Assembly: GCA_046047875.1 (NCBI GenBank)
Contig: JBJOHD010000141.1
Coordinates: 1 to 10,904 of the forward strand
Source: Pseudomonadota bacterium
GTDB lineage: Bacteria > Bdellovibrionota_C > UBA2361
Direction of reading: 5' to 3'
DNA: 10,904 bases
Shown piece after piece: positions 1 through 6,690 of this stretch. Made by a program: the position numbers and the translations under genes. The notes under the pieces were generated by a model. It ran no database searches, was not told where the DNA came from, and was given only the letters and a program-made list of their open reading frames with translations. Position 1 is the stretch's first letter. Every line of letters starts with the position of its first letter.

Positions 1-973
1 ACGACTCTATCGATAGATACCGACTCGACGCACGACGCCGCGCCACACTCGGGAGCGTCAATGTCCCCACGGCAAGCATTCGGAGCAGCATGAGATCGAG
101 CGCCGCTCCTGTCACCGGATAGGTCCGGCAGCTCCGACTAAAACCGGGGAACCATACATTTACTAATCCGTCGCGCTCACTGAGCTCGGCCACCGCGATG
201 AGGTGGTCGGCGAGCTCCGCAGCATCAGCGAATCGATCGAGCGCGGTGCAAAAACTCTGCCCCATCCCGGTCGAATTGACCGCGGTCAACGCTGAGAAAT
301 CACGGCACGCCCTCAGGCGGCTAATCCCCGCTTCGCGGAGGCGGCGTACCACCTCGGTGAGGGTGAGGTTTTCAAGAGCAGCGCTCCGCCTTCCGTTTGC
401 ATGCAGCCAGGCGAGGATATCCTCCGCTGCTGGACCGACTAAAGTGAGCCCCGGCCGAGCTTTCGCTATCTCAGCGATTCGCTCCTCAAGTCCGTCTCCG
501 AGCCGCCGCAAATCGATCTCATCGAGGAGAACCTCAAGGGCTGGATGCTCGATCTGGGACAGATAGAGAGCTGGGTCGTGGAGTTCGCCGCCAAGAGATA
601 ACGCGAGGATCGGGGTCGGTGCTACCTGAGCGGAGGCGTGAGCTCCCAGCTCAACCAGCTTCATTAAGACTGAGAGAGGAGCGCGTGTAATGAGCCGCTC
701 GATCTCACTTCGCTCGAGCCTCTTTCGATGAATCACCCGCTCCCGAGTCTCGTTGAATCCGAGCTGTTTTAAAGCACGCTCGGCGAAATCATGGGTAGGA
801 ATCGGGACAGGGAGACACCCGAGGGTCTGCACCGAGACCCGCTCTCCACCGACTATCCCGAATCGCGCGAGTTTGCCCACGCAGTTTTTCCTCAGTCGGG
901 GATAAATCCCCAGCAAAAGCTCGGATGACTTCCAGGGCTCAACATCCCCCCCTCCGTCGATCCGAACGAACAT
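1..973 (-). CDS. Hypothetical protein, partial: N-terminal ~324 aa visible, 3' end runs off the left edge. Not in the ORF track because it is partial.
   Basis: Manual reverse-complement translation gives an uninterrupted frame from the ATG at 971-973 (minus) to position 1: MFVRIDGGGDVEPWKSSELLLGIYPRL...LDLMLLRMLAVGTL. An in-frame TGA lies ~20 codons upstream of the ATG, and an alternative GTG start is at 1001-1003. Amino-acid composition is normal, whereas the plus-strand ORF 198-566 is Arg/Ser-rich antisense-like. No family was recognised by eye (no radical-SAM CxxxCxxC motif, no MqnA/MqnD motif). Confidence 0.55.
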   Translation of the reverse strand, partial: MFVRIDGGGDVEPWKSSELLLGIYPRLRKNCVGKLARFGIVGGERVSVQTLGCLPVPIPTHDFAERALKQLGFNETRERVIHRKRLERSEIERLITRAPLSVLMKLVELGAHASAQVAPTPILALSLGGELHDPALYLSQIEHPALEVLLDEIDLRRLGDGLEERIAEIAKARPGLTLVGPAAEDILAWLHANGRRSAALENLTLTEVVRRLREAGISRLRACRDFSALTAVNSTGMGQSFCTALDRFADAAELADHLIAVAELSERDGLVNVWFPGFSRSCRTYPVTGAALDLMLLRMLAVGTLTLPSVARRRASSRYLSIES

Positions 974-1250
974 GTCCCAGCAGCAGTCGAAGGTTCTCCT
1001 CACCCAGGGAAACCACCGCCTCCGGAGCCAGCTTAAATTATCAATTCACCCACACGCGTGTGCCCCCGAGCGCTCCCGAAAGGAGACGCCGAGCACTAAG
1101 AACCGTACAACGAGAAAACGCTACAGCACGAAAGAACGCTGATGCAGAGAAAGACCCCTGCTCGCTGAGAGCCGACTAACAAGACGTCATGGCCCCTAAG
1201 GATTCCAAGAAGATAGCAAAGCGAGCAACGCTAGGCAACGGCGAGGTGCA

Positions 1251-1961
1251 TCAATCAGAGAGGTCCCGAGTCCCCTCATAAATATAAGCGATTCCGCCAC
1301 TCAAAGGGTCGTAGCGGGTAGCCGAAAACCCCGCCTCTCTGAGGATTACCTCGAAATCCCCCCCAGACGGGAACGCCTTGGCGGTTTCCGGAAGATAGGT
1401 GTACGCCGAGCGATTGCCTGTGAGAAGCCCCCCGATCCACGGCATCAACATCCTCGAGTACCAATTATAAACCGCTCGAAAGGGGGCCCACGTCGGCTGA
1501 CCGAATTCGAGGATGACGAGCTTTCCCCCCGGAGCGAGTACCCGGCGGATCTCTTTGAGCCCACGCCGGAGGTCTTCGAGGTTACGAACACCGAAGGCGA
1601 CCGTTACCGCCGTAAAGGTTCGATCGGGAAACGGCAGATTGAGCGCGTCGCACTGCACGAGAGGCGCAGCCGATCTCCCCCTCTCCCGCCCCCGCTCAAG
1701 CATCGGCAGACAAAAGTCGCCCCCCACCACACCGGTCACGCGACGCTCGAGAAGGGGCAAAAGATCGCCCGTTCCGGTGCACAGATCGAGCACCGGACCA
1801 GCACCGCGGGGCACCCGTCTCACCACCAGGTGTTTCCACAGATGATGAATCCCCAGGCTCAGTACCGAGTTAGTAAGATCGTACCGAGCGGCGATAGAGC
1901 CAAACATCCGTTGAACTTCGGAGCCAATAACCCGCGGAGTGGAGGTGGAAGAGGTTTCCAT
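1251..1961 (-). CDS. menG: Demethylmenaquinone / ubiquinone C-methyltransferase (UbiE/MenG family, class I SAM methyltransferase). The start is uncertain: ATG at 1959-1961, or GTG at 1995-1997 as in the ORF track.
   Basis: Translation shows UbiE/MenG hallmarks: FGSIAARYDLTN (the F..IA..YD.MN motif), LDLCTGTGD (the SAM-binding GxGxG motif), VRNLEDLRRGLKEIRRVLAPGGKLVILEF and GNRSAYTYL. Length is ~236-248 aa. TGA stop is at 1251-1253. Confidence 0.88.
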   Translation of the reverse strand: METSSTSTPRVIGSEVQRMFGSIAARYDLTNSVLSLGIHHLWKHLVVRRVPRGAGPVLDLCTGTGDLLPLLERRVTGVVGGDFCLPMLERGRERGRSAAPLVQCDALNLPFPDRTFTAVTVAFGVRNLEDLRRGLKEIRRVLAPGGKLVILEFGQPTWAPFRAVYNWYSRMLMPWIGGLLTGNRSAYTYLPETAKAFPSGGDFEVILREAGFSATRYDPLSGGIAYIYEGTRDLSD

Positions 1962-1997
1962 AAGGAGCTTATACAGGATCACGGGAAACGTTACCAC

Positions 1998-2078
1998 TCA
2001 CGGCCGATTCGATTTGGTTCAGTTCACCCCCCCGATGTGGTAGATTCCCCGCATCTCGGCCCCTTGATGGAGTTTCGT
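1998..2078. promoter_or_regulatory. Divergent intergenic region between menG (minus) and the dehydrogenase gene (plus). GGAG Shine-Dalgarno at 2069-2072 sits 6 nt upstream of the ATG at 2079. A weak -10-like TAGATT is at 2041-2046.
   Basis: An 81-bp non-coding gap separates two divergently oriented genes. The SD was seen directly. The promoter hexamers are weak matches only. Confidence 0.3.
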
Positions 2079-4538
2079 ATGGTTTCCGATCGCCTCCCCT
2101 CCCACGCCCGCGTCGTCGTCATCGGCGGGGGCATCATCGGCTGCTCGGTGGCGTATCATCTCGCCAAAATGGGCTGGAAGGATGTCGTCCTCCTTGAGCG
2201 CGACAAGATTACCTCCGGCACGACGTGGCACGCCGCGGGGCTTATGGTCACCTTCGGCTCAACCTCAGAGACCTCGACCGAGATCCGCAAATATTCGAAG
2301 AAGCTCTATCAAGAGCTGGAGCGCGAGACCGGCCAAGCCACCGGGTTTAAACCGGTAGGATTCATCGAAGTCGCAGCGGATGAGGATCGTCTTGAGGAAT
2401 ATCGCCGGGTCGCCGCCTTCAATCGATTTTGCGGGGTGGATGTGGCGGAGATATCCCCTGCCGAAATCTCAGCGCTCTTTCCATACGCTCAAGTCGACGA
2501 CCTTCTCGCCGGATTTTACGTCAAAGATGACGGGCGGGTGAACCCGGTCGATGTCACGATGGCTCTTGCCAAGGGGGCACGGCTTCACGGCGCGCAGATC
2601 CTCGAAGGGGTCCCGGTGAGCTCAGTCCTCCGTCACAACGGAGCCGTGACCGGAGTGGCTACCCCGCTCGGCGAGATACGGGCGGAATACGTGGTGAATT
2701 GCACCGGGATGTGGGCGCGACAGCTCGGCGAAGAGCTCGGTATCACCATCCCCAATCAAGCTGCGGAGCACTACTACCTTATTACCGACGATATCCCGGG
2801 GATCCCCCGAGATCTTCCAGTTCTGGAGGACCCCGCTTCGTACGGATACTACCGCGAAGAGGTCGGAGGGCTGATGATCGGGCTTTTCGAACCGGTTGCA
2901 GCACCGTGGAAACTTGAGGGCATCCCCAACGATTTTTCGTTCGGCGACCTTCCACCTGACTGGGATCGGATGACCCCCTTCCTTGAAAAGGCGATGGCGC
3001 GGGTGCCGGCCTCGCTGAGCGTCGGTATTCGGAAGTTTTTTTGCGGCCCCGAGAGCTTCACCCCTGATCTCCGACCGATAGTTGGCGAAGCTCCTGAGCT
3101 GAAGAACTACTTCGCAGCGGCCGGGATGAACTCGATCGGGATTCTGTCTGCGGGGGGGCTCGGTCGCGTGCTTGCACACTGGATCATAAACGGCGCTCCC
3201 GATGTAGATGTGACCGGTTTTAATATCGACCGCTTCCACCGTTATCAAGCGAACCGCGCCTATCGGCGTGAGCGAACGATCGAATCGCTCGGACTCGTCT
3301 ACAAATGCCACTATCCGACAAAGACCGCTGAGACCGCACGGGACGCAAAGCGTTCTCCGTTTCATGAGCGACTCAAAAAAGCCGGCGCATTCTTTCGAGA
3401 TGTGAGCGGCTGGGAGAGCCCCGACTGGTACGCCCCCTCTGGGAGCGACCCGCGGGTAGAGCGACTTTCATGGGGCCGGCAGAACTGGTTCCCGTACTGG
3501 GCCGCGGAGCACCGCGCCGCCCGCGAGGGAGCGATCATCATGGACATGAGCTTTATGTCGAAGTTTCTTGTTCAAGGGCGGGATGCGGGGCGGGTGCTCG
3601 ATTACGTCTCTGCAAATAAGGTAAACGGTCAGATCGGCGTTATTACCTACACCCAATGGCTGAACCATCACGGAAAGATCGAAGCCGACCTTACCGTAAC
3701 GAAGCTTGAGGAGGATCGTTTCTTGGTGGTGGTCACCGATACGATGCATCGGCACGCCGAGACCTGGCTCAAGCGACACATCCCCGAGAGCGCCCACGCC
3801 TTCGTGACCGATGTGACCTCCGGGTTTGCGCAGTTAAACGTACAAGGGCCGCGAGCACGCGAGCTTCTTCAGTCGCTTACCACCGCGGATCTCTCGAACG
3901 AAGCGTTTCCATTCCGAGCAGCTCGAGAGATCGACATCGGCTTCGCACGGGTACTGTGCATCCGTATCACCTATCTTGGAGAGCTGGGCTATGAGCTCTA
4001 CATCCCCGCCGAGCAGGCTGTGCATGTGTACGATCTCATCGTGGAGGCGGGTCAGCGGTTCGAACTCCGTCACGCCGGCCTCAAGGCGCTCTCCAGCCTC
4101 AGGATGGAGAAGGGTTACCGCGACTATGGACACGATATCGATAATACCGATGATCCGTTCGAGGCGGGGCTCGGATTTGCAGTGGATCTAAAACGCTCCG
4201 AAGATTTTATCGGTCGGGCGATGGCGGAACGATCCAAGGCCAACGCTCCCTACAAGCGGCGCCTCGCTCAGCTCCTCGTTCTCGATCCCACACCCCTTCT
4301 CTTTCACGCCGAAGTGGTCTTTCGAAACGGTGCGGCGGTCGGTTATGTGCGGGCGGGGTCGTACGGTCATACGCTCGGCGGTGCGGTCGGTCTTTTCATG
4401 ATCGAAGCAGGCGAGCCGATTAACCCAGCGTATATCGAGCAGGGTGCTTGGGAGGTTGAGGTCGCGGGGAAACGGTATCCGGCGCGGGTATCGTTGAAAC
4501 CGCTCTACGATCCCGAGATGCAGCGAATCAAAATGTAG
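2079..4538 (+). CDS. Dimethylglycine/sarcosine dehydrogenase-family enzyme: an N-terminal FAD-dependent oxidoreductase (DAO) domain fused to a C-terminal GcvT-like folate-binding aminomethyltransferase domain, ~819 aa.
   Basis: The N-terminus has a Rossmann FAD-binding motif, ARVVVIGGGIIGCSVAYHLAKMGWKDVVLLERDKITSGTTWHAAGLM. The C-terminal half has a GcvT-like region (YWAAEHRAAREGAIIMDMSFMSKFLVQG, LGELGYELYIP). The ORF-track start at 1830 overlaps menG on the opposite strand. The ATG at 2079 (alternative 2067) is preceded by GGAG and gives the ~10-residue lead-in to the GGG motif typical of the family. TAG stop is at 4536-4538. Confidence 0.9.
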   Translation: MVSDRLPSHARVVVIGGGIIGCSVAYHLAKMGWKDVVLLERDKITSGTTWHAAGLMVTFGSTSETSTEIRKYSKKLYQELERETGQATGFKPVGFIEVAADEDRLEEYRRVAAFNRFCGVDVAEISPAEISALFPYAQVDDLLAGFYVKDDGRVNPVDVTMALAKGARLHGAQILEGVPVSSVLRHNGAVTGVATPLGEIRAEYVVNCTGMWARQLGEELGITIPNQAAEHYYLITDDIPGIPRDLPVLEDPASYGYYREEVGGLMIGLFEPVAAPWKLEGIPNDFSFGDLPPDWDRMTPFLEKAMARVPASLSVGIRKFFCGPESFTPDLRPIVGEAPELKNYFAAAGMNSIGILSAGGLGRVLAHWIINGAPDVDVTGFNIDRFHRYQANRAYRRERTIESLGLVYKCHYPTKTAETARDAKRSPFHERLKKAGAFFRDVSGWESPDWYAPSGSDPRVERLSWGRQNWFPYWAAEHRAAREGAIIMDMSFMSKFLVQGRDAGRVLDYVSANKVNGQIGVITYTQWLNHHGKIEADLTVTKLEEDRFLVVVTDTMHRHAETWLKRHIPESAHAFVTDVTSGFAQLNVQGPRARELLQSLTTADLSNEAFPFRAAREIDIGFARVLCIRITYLGELGYELYIPAEQAVHVYDLIVEAGQRFELRHAGLKALSSLRMEKGYRDYGHDIDNTDDPFEAGLGFAVDLKRSEDFIGRAMAERSKANAPYKRRLAQLLVLDPTPLLFHAEVVFRNGAAVGYVRAGSYGHTLGGAVGLFMIEAGEPINPAYIEQGAWEVEVAGKRYPARVSLKPLYDPEMQRIKM

Positions 4539-4541
4539 CCG

Positions 4542-4916
4542 TCATGCGGCTCGCTCACGGGGGCCGCCCGGCGCCTGTTCACCACCCCGCATCACCACCT
4601 GAGTTGTATGGCGCTCTGGGGCCAGCCCCTGAAGGAGCACCTCAAGGGCTCGCTCGACCTCGCCCCCGCACATTAAAACATCGAAGCTCACGTACCCGTC
4701 CTCCGGCCATGAGTGGAGTGCCACATGGGACTCAGCGAGGAGCACGAACGTGGTCACCCCGTGCGGAGAAAATGTATGGGTCTTTGATTCGAGTACGGTG
4801 GCCCCTGCTGCCGCCGCGGCCTCACGTAAAAGCGCCTCGAGGCGGGGGGCCGAATTCGAGATCTCCGATGACACACCCCAACAATCGACCAAAATATGGC
4901 TCACACGCCGCTGCAT
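4542..4916 (-). CDS. speH: S-adenosylmethionine decarboxylase proenzyme, class 1 pyruvoyl-dependent (SpeH/SpeD-like), ~124 aa from the ATG at 4914-4916. The ORF track extends it to a TTG at 4995-4997.
   Basis: The diagnostic autoprocessing motif is VLLAESHVALHSWPEDGYVSFDVLMCGG, matching the AESH(I/L)(S/T)IH(T/S)(W/F)PE core of small bacterial AdoMetDC. The predicted pyruvoyl-forming Ser codon is at 4728-4730. N-terminus MQRRVSHILVDCWGV aligns with the MxxxGRHxxxELxGC start of Bacillus-type SpeH. The 27 extra codons back to the TTG have no homologous counterpart. Confidence 0.88.
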   Translation of the reverse strand: MQRRVSHILVDCWGVSSEISNSAPRLEALLREAAAAAGATVLESKTHTFSPHGVTTFVLLAESHVALHSWPEDGYVSFDVLMCGGEVERALEVLLQGLAPERHTTQVVMRGGEQAPGGPRERAA

Positions 4917-5061
4917 CGCCCGCTCACTTTGACGAGATATGAAAACTGATTGGAGCAAATACCCCTCTATGCTAGAAGTCTCTCTAACCGGAGACAAGGA
5001 GAATCAGCTCCAGCTCCACTTCTCGTGGCGTTTTCTAAACGATACTATTTTCGCAAGGCCT
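4917..5061. promoter_or_regulatory. 145-bp divergent control region between speH (minus) and the SPFH operon (plus). It contains the tandem direct repeat CAGCTCCAGCTCC (5005-5017), a TTGACG hexamer at 4929-4934, and AAGG at 5055-5058 just upstream of the ATG at 5062.
   Basis: This is the only sizeable non-coding gap in the right half. Both flanking genes start here and diverge. Hexamer matches are weak and no operator palindrome was identified. Confidence 0.35.
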
Positions 5062-6060
5062 ATGAGCATACTCGGTTTTATCGGCAAACAGTTTATCGAT
5101 GTCATTGAATGGACTGAGCCAGGTGACGGAATCCTCGCTTTTCGGTACCCGATGCGCGATCAGGAGATTCAAAATGGGGCCAAACTGACGGTGAGAGACA
5201 CTCAGGCTGCGCTCTTCGTCAACGAGGGCAGAGTAGCAGACCTCTTCGGCCCGGGACTTCACACCCTGACGACGAACACGCTGCCGATAATGACGAACCT
5301 GCAGAATTGGGATAAGGCCTTCGCCTCACCGTTTAAGTCCGATGTCTATTTCTTTAGCTCTCGGCTCCAACTCGACCAAAAATGGGGCACCGCTACACCT
5401 ATCACCGTCCGAGATAAGGAATTCGGGGTGCTCCGTATCCGAGCCTACGGGAACTTCTCATATCATGTAGCTGATCCGAAAACATTCTATCTCAAGGTAT
5501 CGGGCACCCGCGATGTCTTCCGAACAGCGGATCTCGATGGACAGCTGAAATCACAGGTAGCGACGGCGCTCGCGACGATGCTTGGGGCGAGCGACTGTGC
5601 CTTTATCGACATGGCAGCTAACCAAGCGAATTTCTCCGCCGCCCTCGGCGAGGCGGTTGCGCCGACCCTCACCCAATTCGGTCTCGCCCTTGATGGTTTT
5701 CAGGTTGAAAGTATCTCCCTGCCAGCGGAGCTCGAGAAGCGCCTCGACGAGCGCGCGATGGTCACGATGGTGGGCGGGCTGCGACAGTACGCCCAGTTTC
5801 AAGCGGCATCAAGTATTCCAGAAGCTGCAGCTAACCCAGGCGGGGTCGCCGGCGCCGGGGCTGGCATTGGTGCAGGTCTCGCGATGGGGCAGATGATGGC
5901 GCAGTCACTCGGAGTCGGCGCTCCCGGAGGCAGCGGAAGCGCCTCGCCAGGCGAGAATCCGCTCGAAACGATTGAGAAACTGCACGAACTTTTTAAGAAA
6001 GGCATGCTCTCCGAGAGTGAGTTCACCGCGAAGAAAGCGGATCTCCTCAAAAAGATATAA
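5062..6060 (+). CDS. SPFH/Band-7-like protein (Band_7_1-type, YdjI-like) with a Gly/Ala-rich linker and a C-terminal SHOCT-like oligomerisation domain, ~332 aa.
   Basis: N-terminus MSILGFIGKQFIDVIEWTEPGDGILAFRYPMRDQEIQNGAKLTVRDTQAALFVNEG matches the remembered start of Band_7_1 proteins (M..F.FIKKQFIDVIEW...YRYPM.D.EIQNGA.L.VRE.Q.ALFVNEG). The low-complexity stretch AAANPGGVAGAGAGIGAGLAMGQMMAQSLGVGAPGGSGSASPG lies at ~5821-5958. The C-terminus LETIEKLHELFKKGMLSESEFTAKKADLLKKI (5959-6057) fits the SHOCT pattern L..L..L...G.IS.EEF...K..LL. The ORF-track start at 4939 adds 41 residues with no counterpart and would leave only 22 bp to speH. Confidence 0.8.
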   Translation: MSILGFIGKQFIDVIEWTEPGDGILAFRYPMRDQEIQNGAKLTVRDTQAALFVNEGRVADLFGPGLHTLTTNTLPIMTNLQNWDKAFASPFKSDVYFFSSRLQLDQKWGTATPITVRDKEFGVLRIRAYGNFSYHVADPKTFYLKVSGTRDVFRTADLDGQLKSQVATALATMLGASDCAFIDMAANQANFSAALGEAVAPTLTQFGLALDGFQVESISLPAELEKRLDERAMVTMVGGLRQYAQFQAASSIPEAAANPGGVAGAGAGIGAGLAMGQMMAQSLGVGAPGGSGSASPGENPLETIEKLHELFKKGMLSESEFTAKKADLLKKI

Positions 6061-6066
6061 TCTCCG

Positions 6067-6690
6067 ATGCAACGCATACCGTGCCCACAGTGTGGTGCTG
6101 AGGTCGAGTTCACCTCGAGGTCCTCGGTTTTTTCGGTATGCCGCTACTGCTCGAGCACCCTGCTCCGAAGCAGCTTTGATGTACGTCTCCTCGGCCAGAT
6201 GGCCGCGCTTCATGAAGATCCGACCGTCTTTCAACTCGGCACTACCGGAGTTTACGACAACGACTCATTCGAGCTTATCGGCCGAGTACAAAGGCGCTGG
6301 TCGGGGGGGATGTGGAACGAATGGCATATGTTTTTCGGCGGCGAGAGAAGTGCGTGGCTGGCGGAGGCTCAGGGCTTCTTGATGGTAAGCTCGCTCCGGC
6401 CGGTCGCGGCGCCCGACGAATCCACACTTCGCATCGGCGCCCGAATCGATATCGACCGTGTCGTTTTCACGGTAAAAGATATCAAAGAGGTACTTGCAAG
6501 CTTCGCCGAGGGCGAGCTCCCCTTTGCTGCCGAGCAAGGGTCGAAGATGCGCAGCATCGACCTCACGGGACCGGGGCGCTTGGTGGCAACGCTCGGATAT
6601 AGCGAGGGCGGTGGCGAGGTATACATCGGCGAGATAGTCGAGTTCTCGGAACTTCAGTTTAAACGAATGCGGGAATTCAATGGCTCGTGA
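6067..6690 (+). CDS. Zinc-ribbon protein with a DUF4178-like body (YdjG-like), 207 aa.
   Basis: N-terminus MQRIPCPQCGAEVEFTSRSSVFSVCRYCSS carries a CxxC...CxxC C4 ribbon at codons 6, 9, 25 and 28 (nt ~6082-6153). The remainder is soluble with W-rich motifs (WSGGMWNEWHMFFGGERSAWLAEAQGFLMV) and is paralogous to the next gene. It lies 6 nt after the SPFH stop. Size falls in the range remembered for DUF4178 proteins. Confidence 0.7.
   Translation: MQRIPCPQCGAEVEFTSRSSVFSVCRYCSSTLLRSSFDVRLLGQMAALHEDPTVFQLGTTGVYDNDSFELIGRVQRRWSGGMWNEWHMFFGGERSAWLAEAQGFLMVSSLRPVAAPDESTLRIGARIDIDRVVFTVKDIKEVLASFAEGELPFAAEQGSKMRSIDLTGPGRLVATLGYSEGGGEVYIGEIVEFSELQFKRMREFNGS

Noticed and set aside
198-566. Plus-strand 122-aa ORF.
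   Set aside because: Arg/Ser/Ala-rich translation (…RRRRTTSVRVRF…) typical of the antisense frame of a GC-rich gene. It overlaps the better minus-strand partial ORF.
1055-1072. Palindrome GAGCGCTC and a CTCC-cgaaa-GGAG mini-hairpin as a possible menG terminator.
   Set aside because: The stem is only 4 bp with no following U-tract on the transcribed (minus) strand, so it is not a credible intrinsic terminator.
925-1179. Plus-strand 84-aa ORF spanning the menG-downstream spacer.
   Set aside because: Low-complexity Arg/Ser/Pro-rich product with no SD. It overlaps the start region of the minus-strand gene.
1513-1845. Plus-strand 110-aa ORF inside menG.
   Set aside because: It is antisense to a confidently identified UbiE/MenG gene and has Arg/Ser/Pro-rich composition.
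2622-3365. Minus-strand 247-aa ORF inside the dehydrogenase gene. Smaller internal ORFs at 2019-2231, 2849-3061, 3362-3547, 3468-3797, 3834-4133 and 4188-4370 are of the same kind.
   Set aside because: All are antisense or embedded within a gene with strong, continuous homology to dimethylglycine/sarcosine dehydrogenases, and their compositions are skewed.
4544-4942. Plus-strand 132-aa ORF (MRLAHGGRPAPVHHP…).
   Set aside because: Pro/Arg/Gly-rich product antisense to speH, which has a diagnostic catalytic motif.
4917-4997. 27-codon N-terminal extension of speH to a TTG start, as in the ORF track.
   Set aside because: It has no counterpart in SpeH homologs and no SD. It would overlap the divergent promoter region. 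The ATG at 4914-4916 aligns with the family N-terminus.
4939-5061. 41-codon N-terminal extension of the SPFH gene, as in the ORF track.
   Set aside because: The homolog N-terminus corresponds to the ATG at 5062 (MSILGFIGKQFIDVIEW). The extension would leave a 22-bp head-to-head gap to speH.
5551-6382. Several overlapping ORFs inside or antisense to the SPFH gene and the ZnR1 gene (5551-5802-, 5582-5896+, 5799-6113-, 5905-6234-, 5972-6382+, 6265-6807-, 6312-6602+, 6369-6626-).
   Set aside because: They are Arg/Ser/Pro-rich or low-complexity and conflict with a consistent co-directional operon whose products have recognisable domains.
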